Shown here in pieces: positions 1-13,635 of a stretch of 64,000 nucleotides of DNA (position 1 is its first letter; each line of letters begins with the position of its first letter). Under the pieces are notes generated by a model. That model was not told where the DNA came from, did not search any database, and saw only the letters and a list, made by a program, of their open reading frames with translations. The DNA is taken from contig MU057700.1 in NCBI GenBank assembly GCA_013265495.1, positions 248,001 to 312,000 on the forward strand, given 5' to 3'. The DNA comes from Vicugna vicugna (taxonomy: Eukaryota). Both the position numbers and the translations under genes were made by a program.

Positions 1-3000
1 TCTATGGAAGCACAGAGCAGGCTCAGAGAGGCTGGGGAACCCAGTGGAAGTCACTCAGCAGTGAGGGTCAGAACCGGGACTCAGACCCGGCCTGGCTGTC
101 TCCAGAGCTCCAGGCCCTCTCATCAGGCAGAGCACAAGCCTCAGCCTCTAGAAGCAAGTGTAAAATCTGTGGTTCCTCCCTTCCCCTCTCCCAGAAATAC
201 AGGGAGAAATATTTAGTCGTTAAAGAACAAGTTAAATTGATGCCTTTATCATGGGATTTGCTGGAACCGTAGTGTGCTCATTTGGTTTCTGAAGCTTCGG
301 AAGGGAACAGAGTGAACCAAATCTCCAGTCTCCTGGGAGGAGATACCCTGTGTGAGGGGCCCTGGGCTGGGCAGCTGCACAGGCAGCTGTGGGCCAAGGC
401 CCTGGGAGCAGTGTCTGAGAGACTGGGACCTCACCGCAGCATGGTCCTCCTAGTCTGACCGCTGGCCTCGTGGTGCTGGAGGTGCCATGGTGGGAAAGAC
501 AGGTTCCATGGTGTGGCCTTGGGGACCACAGCCTGGCTACCCGCCTTCCTCTGGGTGGCGGGCCAAGGCTGAGTCAGACCTGGCAAGTAGGGGGTCTTTG
601 TCAAGAGTAGACAGCCCCCACAAGATCCAGAATGGTCACTGGGGAGACGGCTCATTCGGAGATTCTGTCCACGCAGGGGCCCAGACTGTAGCTCTTGCCC
701 TTCTGGCTCTAGGCCCAGCACAGCAGGGGGCCCTTCATTAAGTGTCAGGGCAAGTGAGCAGAATTGTCCCCAAGACAGGCATTCACTGAGAGCTCAAGGG
801 TGGACCTCACCCGCCTGGCTGACCTCCAAGCCCTCATCGTCTCTAGGATCCTGGGCAGATGTGGGTGGAGTTATAGCCCAGGGAGGGTCAGCGACAGGAG
901 CCCCTGGCCCTTCACAGCCCAAGGGGAGTCCCAGGTTGGGGAGGATACATCCGATGTGGTGAGACCACACTCCATTCATTCACCCCTAAGGCATGTTCAC
1001 TGTCCAGGGAGCCCTGGTCAGCCTCCTGCCCACCAATATTTTTCTCTTTACCCCTCCCTCCAGTTCCCCACAGTGCCCCCTCCAGTGGTGTCCACTTCAT
1101 CATGGATGCCATGTCACCTCCCTGCTCTGTGCATCCTCAGCCCGACCTTTGCTTACCCACTGACTGATGGCAGGCGAATGCCTCCCACCCCTCCCCCAGC
1201 GAAGCCATTGCCCTTGCTCTGTGCTTGGGTCCTCGGCCTCGCCCTGCCCTCTGTTCCACTCCCCAGGCCTGGTCCCTGAGACCTGTGCTCTCGGCCACTT
1301 CATATCCCAGGTCCGGAGCCAAAGTCCTGGCCAGGCTGGTGGCCTGGGGCCGAGGCCTGCCTGGGTCTTCATGAGCCCTGGCTCAGGCTGGGTCCTGCCC
1401 TGGGGCTGCCCTGACTCTGGTTGGGGCACATCCTCTGTCCCACGTCTGGCGGTTGTGCCCACCAAGCCCCCACCTCCTGCCGGTTACCACACCCGGGACT
1501 GCACCCCTCCTGACTTCCACCTTCCTCCCTTGGGGGAACAAAATGCCACAGAGTCGAAGTCTGAGGAAGCTGGAGCCCAGACCAGGGATGTCTGGAGTCT
1601 TTTCCGTAGAAAGGAAGTGTCTGTCCGCAGGGCCTCCCTCAGCCTCGCCTGTGGCCGCGGCCCTCAGAGGCCCACCTGCCCTCTGGTCTGGGAGGTGCAG
1701 ACATGGGCTGTGGGCATTCCGGGCTCAGTGGGGCAGGCCCAGATCTGCTCCGTGGGGTGCTCTCCTCGGGGTGTGGGCAGAGGACCGATGATACCTGTGC
1801 TGACATAGGACATACGGGACTTTGTGAGCGTCTCACGTGCAGTAACTCAGCTAATCCTGAGAGGCAGGGCCCTTCCCACCCCCATCTTACAGGTGAGGAG
1901 ACTAAGAGGTTAAGGGCTGGCCAGGGGTGTGGGCAGGCCCCAGGCTGTGCTGTTGACTGCAGGGGAGAAGGGGATGCTGCAGAGGTAGCTCTGGCAAAGG
2001 CCTGGGCTCTGTGGGCACCTGCTGTGGCTCAGTGGCCCCACAGCCACGCCCCTGGCAGGTCTGGCTTCTCAGTTTGCCCACAGCGCCCCATAGAGCTGTC
2101 CCGTGAAGCAGCACCCCAGGCAATTTCTGTGGCTGCCTCTGCTGGACTTGGTACAGTGACCAGACACGCCTTCCCTCTTCCTTTTCCCACAGTGCAGTGG
2201 GAGTCATGCTCCGGGCCACCAGGGTCAGCCCAGAGCCAAGGCCCACTGCCTGGCTGGGCCAAGGGCAAGCAGTTTGACACCCCAGCCTCAATTTCCCCAT
2301 CTGTGAGGTGGACAGCTGGGCTCCCCGGGGTCAGTGCTCACTGCCACCGTCCACAAGTTTCCCAGATTCTGTCGCCCTGAGCCCCCCAGATGGGCTGATG
2401 GGCTGACTCTCCTCGCTGAGCTTCTCATGTGAGGCCAGGTGGCATCCATCACCCCTTGTAAGGCCTGAGTTCCTTGGCCTGCTCAACCCTGTCACGTCTT
2501 GCTGACAAAGGGCCCTGCGGGCCTTCAGTGGTTTGGGGGGCCTCCTTAGGGCAGGAATGGTGAGAGGTGCCAGGGATGCCAGACGGAGGCACTGGTCAGA
2601 GATGCCCGCAGTGTCCAGCCTGGGGGCTGCATGGCTGGAGCTTGGCCCCTGCTTCATGTCTCTCCCAGATGCCTGTACCCCCTAGACCCTGACTCCCTAG
2701 CACTGAGTGCCACTCAGGCCTGGGCCTCCTCCCTCTCCCTCATGTCCAGAGCTGGTGGAGGGGGTCTGTCCCAAATGATCCCCTCCAGCAGAGAGCCTAC
2801 GGGGCACACGGTGGCCAGGGTGCAGCCCTGACGCCTCCTGCCTGGCACAAGTGGCTGCCCCTCTGGTCTCCTCTGTAAAAGGAGATGATCTGTAACCTGT
2901 GCTCCAGGGCAAGGTGGCTGTGCATGGCTGGGGGCCTGGGTCCTCTCTGGTCTGCCCTCCTCAGCTCCCCTCCCTGGCAAGGGTCCCTGAGCACTCCCAG

Positions 3001-3569
3001 CCCGAGGCTCACATGGGTCCAGGTTCAGGCCTGGGTGAGCCCCGGCCCACCAGGCCGAGTGCAGGGGAGGCTGGACAGCAGGCCGAGCTCGGCACGGCCA
3101 GGAAGGTCAGTGGGCTTGCGCTGCCTGCAGTCAGGTCTGCTCTGGGTCACCTGGGGGCCTCCTGCCATACTTCCCCCAGGCAGGGGACATGGTGCACAGC
3201 CTCTACTGTAAACAGTCTGACAGAGGTAGCAGTGGGGTGAGGAAGGGGAGAGGGAGGGAAGGCTGGAAGGGCGTCCCTAATTCACATGCATGCCATAGCT
3301 TTTAGCGTTGCCTGGCAACCAGAGGAGCCCGGATAGCACTGATGCCCCAGCCCCACGCTGGGCTAACCTTCCTAGGGGAGTAGGGTGTCAGCGGGCAGGC
3401 AGAGCTGGGAACCTGGCACCTAGTGGCCCTAGGCTCTCCCTCCAGGGCTGTCTTCCCAGAGGAGTCAAAAGTGATAAGGGTCCCAGGAACCGCCACACGC
3501 CTGCCACCTGGTGGCCCTGAGGCTGGGCTTCCCTCTCCCCTCCAGCCCCGGCCTCCAGGGTGCCCTGAT

Positions 3570-3780
3570 GTGGAGTCAGGGCTTTGATTTTGACTTTGAC
3601 CCTGACCAGTGTCCTGTGTCCTTGGACAGGCTGCTTCACATCTCTGACCTCAGTTTTGCACTCCTGTCAAACGGTCCAGTAACACTCCTCATAGCAGTTA
3701 CTGTGAGGAGTAAATGACAAAGCTGCGATGTTTTGATCCTGGGGCCATTCAGTCCTCAAGGGCACGGTGAGCACCTAAGA
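3570..3780 (+). mobile_element. MIR
   Basis: tgtccttggacagg..cttcacatctctgacctcagttt...gtgaggagtaaatga core. Confidence 0.6.
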
Positions 3781-5649
3781 GTGGGGCTGTGGGATGCGGG
3801 AGGCTCCACAAGGAGTAGCCCCTGTCCCCAGGAGTTGACAGTCTAAGAGGGGGTGAGGGTGACAGACTATCCAGGGCTTTTGGACAAACTGGATGGAGGT
3901 GCAGCCCTGAGGCTGGATGGGGACTGGGGCCAGGTCGCCACAGCCCAGTCTGCAGGACCCTCCCTGTCAGGGGCCAAGCCCAGAGTGGCGAGCGAGGCAA
4001 GGGTGGTGGCAGTGGGTGGGGCAGGAAGTGACACTGAGCAGGTGGCCAGCGAGGGTGTGTGGATAGCGTAGTCAGCCAAGGCCGGGGGTGGGGAGGGTGA
4101 CTGGTGGTGGCTCCCGGGAGGGGCTGAGGCGGGACAGTGGCCTTGGGAGGGTTTTCCTGCGTCCCTCCCCATGTGGCATTTCCACCCAGGCCAACCAGAG
4201 GGCCTGGCCTGGGCTGGGCTGGGCTGGGCTCGAATCTGCCCGGCAGTGACCAGGCGGTGGCTGAGGGGACTTCCCAGGAGGGTGCTGGAAACCCCAGTGC
4301 TGCCTAGTTTCCTCTCCAAACGCCTGGGAATGCTGTGGCCTCTGCCCAGGAGGAAAGTCCCCAACTTTCCCTGCTGGGCTCTGTGGCCAGGGCTGCTGGG
4401 GTCCAGGGGCCTCCGGTGGGTGTGGCTGCCAGCCATGCAAGGGGGCCCTGTGGTAAGACCCTGACTGGGACATACCAAGTGTCACTCATGTCATTGCTTG
4501 TGTGCCCTGAAGAGGCTGCCTGCCTCCCTTGATCCCTTCCTTTAGCCACAGTTTTGGGGGCTCCAGGGACAACCCCTGCTTGAAGTTCACCCCACAGTGA
4601 CCTTGAGCTACAGCCAGTGTTCCAGATTTGCTTTAGCCATAGACACTGTGCTCAGGGAACACAGCCTTTAGGAGGGGCACTACCAGGGCGACCTCTGAGC
4701 GGGACACCTGCTGGACCCGCCAGCCCCCCCCGCCCCCTCCTGCCGCACAGGGCCCGAGAGACCTGGTGTTGCGGTGGTGTGACCTTGGAGTGAAGGTGTC
4801 AGTTCCAGGTCCTCTGAGAAACAGACAAAGTTGGGACTGGACTAGAGGTACAAGAGAGGGAGGGAGCTGGAGAGTGGCAGGCCAGCAGTGCCTCTGTGAG
4901 CCCCGAATGGAGAGATTAGGCTTGGAAGGACCAGGCAGGAAGAGCTGCAGGCTGCAGACCACGGACTGCAGCCTGGTCTGGGTCAGGGCGATGGAGCCCG
5001 CAGGAAAGGTGCGTGTTAGGGGAAGCCTGCCCTGAGCAGGAGTGGTTTGGGGGTGGGGACAGGGAAGTGTGGCCTCAGCGGGCACCACGGCAGATGCAGA
5101 GGCTGCACTGGGCACCGTCAGTATGTTGGGGGGTCCATGGCCCCTCACGACTATCTCGGCACCACTGATGCAGTGCAGTTGCCTAAGAGGACCCTGAGGG
5201 CAACCCCTCTTTGTGCCCCCCGCCCTCTCTGCATCCCCTCCAACACCTGGGCTCCCCATCTTGGGTACTGCTGTCCAGCTCACTTCCTCCTTGGACAGCT
5301 GGGATCATGGGAGGCATCCTGGACGGGGGCACCTTCTCTGGGTACCGACTTGTGCCGACACCTGCTACGGCCTGGCACGTAGGTCCCCTTCAGTCCTCCC
5401 AGCAGCCTTGCAGGGTGGGGAAGGTGGTACCAGACCCAGGACGCTCTCCTGAGCACAGCAGGGACAGGCAGGCGGACTGTCAGCTCTGTGTGTGTGGCCG
5501 CAGGGTGGCTGCTGGGCATGGGAGGCCTCCAGAGCCCACGTCCAGATGGGCTTGTGCCAAGAAGCCCAGGAGGTGTTCCTGGTGCCACCACTGCCACTCC
5601 CTGGTGCTCTGAAGCAGAGCTGGTTGCCGTGGCCCCAGGGATGTGCACA

Positions 5650-6190
5650 GGGTGGCTGCCTGAACTGCTGAAAACTAACCAATAACACACACTTACCCTT
5701 GTATGGTTCTGTGGGTCAGAAGCCAGCGTGGCCTCAGGGGACTCAGGCCAAGGTGCTGGCCGGCTTTCCTCTCTGCAGACTCTGGGGGAGGGTCTTTTCC
5801 TGCTCATCCGGGTGCTCGTTCCACATGCTGTGGGACTGAGATCCCTATTCCCCGTTGGCTGGCACCTCTGCACACCCAGGCCTCGCACACTGCTCCCTGC
5901 ATCTCAGAGGCCGCAGTGAGGTGTCGGGTCCATCTCTCTGACTCTACCCTGTTGTCGCATCTCTTTCTCTGACCACAGCTGGGAAGGTCCTTCAGTTTTA
6001 CAGAGTCATGCAATTAGATTAGGGCCACCCGATGATCCAGAATAATCTCCTCATCTCAAGGGCGTTAATTTAATCACATTAGCAAAGTCCCTTTTGTAGT
6101 CTAGTCCTTTTGCCCCCAGATCCCTTCTGTCCCCTTCAGAGTCACAGGGATCAGGATTTGGGTATCTCTGGGTACCATACCCACTGTTGA
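5650..6190 (-). mobile_element. MaLR solo LTR (MLT1D/E-like), decayed
   Basis: gttctgtgggtcagaag, attagattagggccacc..atccagaataatctcc, taatcacattagcaaagtcccttttg. Confidence 0.7.
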
Positions 6191-9100
6191 GAGCCTAGTC
6201 TCGTCTTTGGAGCATCAGGAAGGCCTCTCTGTCAGAGGGCCTCGGGCAATCACAGCCCAGCACAGGTTGGGGCTCCCCTGCAGCCCTGGTATTAGGGGGT
6301 GTCAGCCCTAGCACCCCTAATGGCACACCATACACTGTGAGAGCGTGGGGGAGCAACCACTCCCCACGATGAGCTTTTCCAGGGCTGGGTGTGCAGCCCC
6401 ACTGTGGACACTAGAAGGGATGTGGTGGTCTCCTCACGATCAGGCTCCTTGTGAACTTGGTGGACCTGAGGGAAGGGGGCAAGTGTGCTCAGGGAGGAGA
6501 GTTTGGGGGAGGGGGGAGTTAGCTGGCACGTTGTGGAAGTTCTGGTTCAAAAGATGAGCCATCAGGGCACAAGAAAAGTATCTGCTCAGAGCAGGGAAAC
6601 TGGGATGGAAATGAGGGGGTCCTCAGGGCTGCTCTCAGGGTGCTGGCTGCCAGAGAGCCCCAACCCGGTCATGCCTGCCACAGGGCAGGAGGGGCAAAGC
6701 CAGCCCTTCCTCTGGGCAGAATTCCTGACTTAGCCTTCACAGTCAGCCCTTCCTGCAGGCGATCCTCTGGTTGCAGCTGGACAGAGCCTGCAGGCACGCT
6801 GCTCCATGGAGCCACCTGCTCCACTCAGGCGGTCCTGGCACAGGCCACCCTACCAGAGGCAGAGCTGGGCCAGAGCATGGCTCCTGTCCTGGTCCGGTTG
6901 CACCCCGTCCACCCTCACAGTCCAGGCCTGGAGGAGCAGGTGCCCGTGGGCCGAGCAGGGTGGCTGAGCCGGGCATGCCGAGGCAACGACCCAGATTTCT
7001 GACAGTCCTGATGGGGCTGAGCCACCGTTCAAGTGTGTTTTACAGTCTGCTCAGGGTTCGCACAATTAACAGGACTGTGCTGCGTGTCCCCAGCCAAGTC
7101 TGGAGGTGAGATGGCACAGCCTGGGGCTCTGAGCTGACATCTCAATTTTCACAGCTGCCCGCGTCCATCACGCACACCGGCGCCCCCTGCTCAGCAGCAA
7201 ATGAGGAACAGCAAATCAGTCTCTGTGGCTTTTCCCTTTCTTTTCAGTCCATGTGTGGGTGTGTTCCTGCTCCAGCGCTTGTGCCTCCCGGGGAGCGTCT
7301 GATAAAGCCCCAAATCACAGGATGGCGAGGGGGTGGCCAGGGAGGCAGCATGTGGCTGCAGCCCTCCCTTGGGTAGAGAGGGGACCAGCTGCTCAGCCCA
7401 CGAGGACACTTCTCTCGAGGGCTCCAGGTGGCTGCAGCCGGCTGATCTGCACTGCAGGTGGAGACTGGGGCAGGAAAGGAAACCGAGTCTCAGAAATGGG
7501 GTCACAGAACAATGGAGCCAGTCCCTAACCCTAGAACAGACTCTTTCCACAGCCCTTCCTGTTGGATTTCTGGGTTTCGCGTGCCTCCCCAGCCCTTCCC
7601 TCGTGGGCCAGCATCCCATCAAAGGGGCGACCCGTGCCTTCCATGCCCTGCAGCCCTGGAGGTGCCCCCAGAATTACAGTACAGTTTGCACTGCCTGGAG
7701 TGATGCCCAGGCCCCAATGAATCTTACTCTGCTCCTTGGGGCGGAGACCCCCTCCTCAACACTGGTCCTTTTAGATGCATAGCAGGCTATAGGAGCCTCT
7801 GCCTGTCCCAGGACAGGTCCTGCTGGCAAGTCCCCCCCGGGACCCAGGCGTCTCAGCCCCCCCGGTTGGTCAAGCCTTGTTCCTTGAGGGCTGACCAGAT
7901 TCAGCCTCTTGCCTTCTCTTTCCCTTGCCCTACGGGAAGCTGCCCGCAGGTGGCAGGTGGGGAAATAGCTGAGCCATGATGCCCTTCCATGTGCCTTTGA
8001 CAGAGGTGAGGGGACCTGCCTGGGTACCTGCTACATGCACGCGCCATACCTAGGGGTTCTCAGACCTGACTGCACGTAAGAATTCCCCTCAAGCTGGTGG
8101 GAAGTGTAAGTTCCCAGGTGACATCGCCAGGGACTCTGGTTCAGTCGTCTGGGGGGAACGCAGTGTGGAGCCCAGGAATCTATTTGTAGCAGTCTTGTTG
8201 GGTGGAGAGGGGGGCACTTTTTGAGAGTAAATTATGCCAGACAACAGGCAGAAACTGGACTGTCCTCCGTCCGCTGAAGCAGTTGTCTCCTTGTAGTTAG
8301 TGACAGGTGCTTGCTAAACTGGGAGCCTGTCTTTGCATCACCTCAGCTGGGGATTGTCAAAGCTGCTCAGGGTGTCCTGCGGTGGGGACCCCTTTCCACC
8401 CTCCCTCCAGGGTTGCCCACCATAGGGCTGAGACCGCAGCCTGATCCGTGGGTGTGCAGTGCTGGGGGAGGCACTGGGCTGGGAGCTGCGCCCACCCTCC
8501 TGGGTGTACATCCCACGCTGCATTTCCCAGAGGAGGAGAGGGAGGCGCAGAGAGGTGAAAGCTTGTGCCAGCTCCCTTAGTGGGGGCCACAGAGCTGGAG
8601 ACCTCGCCAGAAAACCGGGTCATGCTGTGCGCTGCCTCCCTCGGGGGCTTTACTGGAAGAAGACAGTGAATAATCCTGCTTTAGAAAGAAACTTTAAACA
8701 CATGAACTGAAGCATCTGCAGGAGCATTTTCTCTGATAAAGGAACTACCAGAGGCTGGAGCCAAATGCTTCAATTAGCACGACCTGACTCAGACAAGGCC
8801 CCCTCCGTCCCAGGACGTGGTCTGCCAGACACCCTCCCCCAACAAGAACCCCTGCCCAAGACTCTGGGCCTCGGTCCCTTGGGGCAGTGGTGCACACAGA
8901 GCCCCGATTCCTGGGCATTGAGAGTGAATTGTTTATGTTTCTTCTATTTCATTCTAAAGAAGGTTCCTTTGCAGAATTCTGTCAATGTCTGAAGGAAGGT
9001 GAGTCCGTGCGGACAGCCTGATCGCGGAGTTGGCAGAACTCCGTGCACCTCCGTAACCTGTTCTCGGGTTCTGTGCCTCCCTTCCCACCCAGTGGCACCC

Positions 9101-10364
9101 CTGCGCAGCAAGACAACAAGACACCGTGGTGGGACTCAGGCCAGACTGCAAAGGCCAGGGCCTCCCTGTGGGCTCAGCACGTTACTCTGAGTGCCTCCTT
9201 CAAATTGGAGGCCACGTGGTGCGTGGCAGGCGTTTTCAAATTTTCTGTAGCAGTGAAGTGAAAGAAGCCCAAGATAATGCAAAATAGATCAAAAGAAATC
9301 AGCTGTTTGAAAGGAGGTGAGGAAGGCGGCTGAGAGTCTGGTAGGGGACGCTGATAGTTATAGGATGATCCCAGGAATAGCGTAGCTGTGATCTGTGATC
9401 TGGGAAGAGTTGCGGAGAAAAGGCTCCTGATCCCTGGCAGGGAGGTGGGGGCCCGGGGAGGCCGGGCAGGAAGAGCATTCTGAGTGGAGGGAACACCGTG
9501 TGCAGGGCCCTGTGGCAGCATGGGAACAGAGGCACCCGACAGCAATGGGGAGAGGGTCAAGGTGAGTCTGCCCTGCCAGCCAGGTCATCAGGTTTTGTCC
9601 TCTTTGAAGCCATTGAAGTGTTTTAAGTTGGGGTGGGCAGAAGCCACACACATGATCCCATCTGTAGAGTGATGAGCAGATGAGGAAGGGCTAGGATGGA
9701 GGGGGCAGTAGTGAAACGGCACTGGGGGGTCAGGGCTGCCCCCAGGGGGAGAGCGGATGGCTGCTTGGACTAGGGCGTGCCAGTGAGGTTGGACGGACAG
9801 ATGTGGTCAGACATGGGGAATACAGAGCAGGCAAACTACCCGAATTGGGTGATGGATTGGATAGGAGGCAGGCGGTGAAGGAGGGGTCTTGGCAGAGCTT
9901 CTTGGTCCTGAGCTGTAGCGTCCAACTCACTACAAGGATACAGCTTCTCAGTGTCTCTCTCTTTTACAGTTGCTTCTTTTATGATTTCTCTTCTTGCTTA
10001 AAATATGTTTTCTCTGGGGTTGGTTCTTCACTTGGCCATTTGGCTTTCTGCTTTCATGCTGTCCATTCTTCTCTCAGTCTGTTTATGCAGGGCTGTCTGT
10101 CCATTTGAGGGAGGAGGCCTGGGGCCGGCTGAACACTCCCCCTACTGTACTGGGGTCTGGCTGCAGCGTCTTGTCGCTGTGTGGAATTCCCACCGCAGAC
10201 ACAGCACGGGGAGGTGGGATGTGTCAGCATTTGCCGTGAGGCAAGTTTGGGTGCAGGGGGCTGGCTGGCAGGTGCACTGCCCGTCCCCTCGGTGCCAGCA
10301 CTCGGAGGGCTTCCCACTGGGCACCTGGCTCCACACTGGAAGCTGCTTAGAAGACAGCTCTCCA

Positions 10365-10608
10365 AGGGGTGGCTATGGCTCAGTGGTAGAGCACACGCTT
10401 AGCATGCACAAGGTCCTGGGTTCAATCCCCATTGCCGCTATTAATTAAAAAATATAATGTCTACATATAATTTAAACAATAAATATAATTTATTAAATAA
10501 ATTTAAAAAATAAACCTAATTACTTCCCCCTAAAAAACAAAACAACCCCCTAATAAAGAAATAAAGAAATAATGAAATGGGATAGAGTTAAAAAAAAAAG
10601 AAAGAAAA
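10365..10608 (+). mobile_element. Camelid tRNA-derived SINE (Vic-1 type) with extended tail
   Basis: A-box tggctcagtgg, B-box ggttcaatccc, diagnostic aaacctaattacttccccc tail. TSD agaagacagctctcca (10349-10364) and agaagctagctctcca (10609-10624). Confidence 0.9.
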
Positions 10609-10999
10609 AGAAGCTAGCTCTCCATGTGGGGTCTGCCCCTGCCTCCCACTCCGGTAATGACCTGTCTTACATCCTGTGCCTGGAGGGTGGGGGCGACACT
10701 CCCCCACCTCCGGGGCAGACCTCTGACTCGTCTTTGTATGCCCACCTCTCCCCTGAAAGGTGGGGTTTCCTGCTCCCGCTTCTCTGTGGCTTCTTCCATC
10801 CACCCGCCCCATCTGCCTTCCGTTTTCCAGAACTGTGAGTCACTCGTGTCCACCAGCGACCCACCCTCTTCCACAACTTTTCCTCTGTTCTCTTTTATGT
10901 CATGGAGGTTGGGAAGGGTGAAGAGCAAATGACTGGGCTCAGTTCACTGTGATCTTGAACTGGAGTCAGAAGGATTTCTTCCTATATAAAGTGCTTACA

Positions 11000-12245
11000 A
11001 ATCTGTAGATTTTATTTCCTTTTCTCAGGCCTAAAACTGTCGCAGCCATCAATGAGCAAATCCCATGTCACCGCGGTAAAGCCCAGAATCTGCCGCTTCT
11101 CAGCCCCTGCACCCTCTCCCCAGCATGTAAACTTTTGCGGGAGCTTCTAACTGATCTGCTTTGACCTTGATCCCTGTGGGCTTGGCTCCATCAATCAATC
11201 ACAATGGTTTAAATTCGATTGCGTCATCCTATACCTCAAACCCTCCAGCAGGAAGTGAAGAGAGTGTGTGAATAGAGGAAAAAGGCAGGGAACACCACAG
11301 ACATACATAGACTCCACGGGTCTGAAGAGGTGCCCTGTACTGGGGTGAATGGTGTCCTCCCAAATCTATGGCCCCCCGGAACCTGTGATGTGACCTTATT
11401 TGGAAATAGGGTCTTTGTGGATGTAATCAAGTTTAAGTGAGGCCAGACTGGATTAGGGTGGTCCTTAAATCCAGTGACCGGTGTCCTTATAAGGAGAGGG
11501 AGTACAGGGACAAGAGGGAGGAAGGCCATGTGGGAATGAAGGTGGACACCGAAGCAACATGTCTGCAAGCCAAGGAACCCCAAGCATTGCCGGCAATCGC
11601 CAGAAGCTGGAAGAGGCGAGGGAGGGCTCTTCCCAGGACTTTAGAGGAAACGTGGCCCTGCTGACACCTTGTTTCCAGACTTACAGCTCCCCAGGCTGTG
11701 AAAGAATACATTTCTATTGTTTCAAGCCACCCAGTTTGTGGTAATTTGTACAACCAACCCAGGAAACAAATACAAGCCTTATCCCAGCCCACCAGGCCCA
11801 GCAGGGTTTGTTCCGACCTCTTTCCACCCTCACTCTGCCTCAGAGACACTGGCCTTGTGCAGGTCTGTTCTTTGAACAGACTACATATGGTCCTGCCCCA
11901 GGGCCTTTGCACTTGCTGCTCCTGCAGATCCACATGGATTACTTTATTCAGGTCTTGCTAAGTCACCTCATCAGGAAGGTCTTATCTGACTGCCTGATTT
12001 CAACAACAAAGCCCTTGCCTCCCCTGTCCATTCCCAGTCTACCCTGCCTGTTGCAGTTCTCTGTATGGCACTTACTGCCAGCTGGTATATATTCACTTGT
12101 TTAGTCCTTGTGCCTTCCCTCTACCATGTAAACCACATAAAGGCCTGGACTTTGTCCATTGCATTTATGATTGTATTGCTAGTGCCTAGAACAGTACAGG
12201 TCACATGTCCAGTATATCATCACTGAATGAATGAATGAGTAAGAA
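11000..12245 (+). mobile_element. L2 3' fragment interrupted by the MLT1 LTR
   Basis: cagggcctttgcacttgct, agtgcctagaacagt, terminal tgaatgaatgaatga. Confidence 0.65.
11336..11774 (+). mobile_element. MaLR solo LTR (MLT1C-like)
   Basis: TG...CA ends. Contains gtgaccttatttggaaatagggtctttg, gccagaagctggaagagg and aagccacccagtttgtggtaatttg...ggaaacaaataca. Confidence 0.85.
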
Positions 12246-12939
12246 AAATCCACAAGCCAGTTGAATAAAGGGGAAAATGCCACAGCAGGCGATTCAAGAA
12301 AAGAAATGTCCTTTTATTTCAGTCTCACTCATAATTGAAGAAATACAAATTAAGTCTGCAACGAGAGCATCCTTGCTTATTAGATTGTAGTGAATGTGAG
12401 GTGAATTGGGTGCTGTCCTGAGAGTACAACTTGGGCCATCCCTTTTTTTTTTCTTTAAAAAAAATTGAAATATATAATTCATGTAACATGCAGTTCATCC
12501 TTTTAAAGTGAATTAATTCTGTGTTTTTTCGTATATTCATGGGGTTGTAGAACCATCATCACTATCCAAAACCGGCACATTTTCATTACCCCCAAAAGAA
12601 ACCCCCATACCTGTTAATAGCTGCTCCCCCTTCCCCCACTTGCCAGCCCTTGGCAACCACTATCTATTTCACGATCCTAAGGATTTGTCTATTCTGGAAA
12701 TTTCATGTAAAGGAAACATACAATATGCAGCCTTTTGTGTCTGGTGCCTTTCACTTAGCATGATGTTCTCAAGGCTCATTCATGTAGCATGCACTTCATT
12801 CCTTTTCATAGCCATGTAGTATTCCATTGTGTGGCTGTCCCACATTTTGTTTATCCATTTGTCAGTTGATGACTATTGGGGTGCTTCCACTTCGTGGGTA
12901 AGATGTATAATGCTGTTATGAACCTCTGTGTACATTTTT

Positions 12940-13045
12940 TTCTTTAATTTTTAAATTTAAAAATTTTTAATGGAGGTACTGGGGATTGAATTGAGGACCT
13001 CATGCATGTTAAGCACATGCTCTACCACTGACCTATTACCCTTCC
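12940..13045 (-). mobile_element. Vic-1-type SINE (short form) inside old L1
   Basis: Reverse-complement head ggaggtactggggattga...ctctaccactgacct with T-rich tail. Confidence 0.85.
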
Positions 13046-13063
13046 ACCATGTACAGTTTTTAA

Positions 13064-13195
13064 AAATTTTATTTATTTAATTTTTGGGGGGGAGGTAATT
13101 AGGTTTATTAATTTATTTATTTTTAGTGGAAGTACTGAACCCAGGACCTCATACATGCTAAGCACATACTCAGCCACTGAGCTATACCCTCCCCT
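13064..13195 (-). mobile_element. Vic-1-type SINE (small internal deletion), tandem to the previous copy
   Basis: gggggaggtaattaggttt...gaacccaggacctc...ccactgagctataccctcccc. Confidence 0.88.
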
Positions 13196-13635
13196 CACTA
13201 TATACAATTTTTAAGCGAGCATAAGCTTCCAAATACCTCGGCTATGTACCCAGGACTGTACATGCTGGTAATGCTATATTTAAAATCTTAAGGAACTGAC
13301 AGACTGTTTTCCAAAGTGAGTGCACAATTTTACACTGTCACCTGTATTGTATTAGAGTCCTAATTCCTCAACAGCTTCATTAACACTTGTTATTATCCAT
13401 CTTTTTTATTATAGCCATCCTAGTAGGTGTAAAGTGGTATCTCACTGTGGTTTTGATTTTCATTTCCCTAATAATTAATGATGTTGAGCAACTTTTATGT
13501 GCTTACTTATAATTTGTATGTCTTCTTTAGAGAAATATCTGTTCAGATTCTTTGCCCATTTCAGTTGGGTTATTTGTCTTTTATTATGGAATTGTAAGAG
13601 TTCTTTATATAGTCTGCATATCAGACCCTTATATA

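Noticed and set aside
1167..2380. Overlapping 200+ aa ORFs in the GC-rich first 2.4 kb
   Set aside because: No homology signature or splice architecture, and they partly overlap a MIR relic.
10366..10435. tRNA-like sequence (also at the other SINE heads)
   Set aside because: Followed by SINE tails and TSDs, so these are tRNA-derived SINEs rather than tRNA genes.
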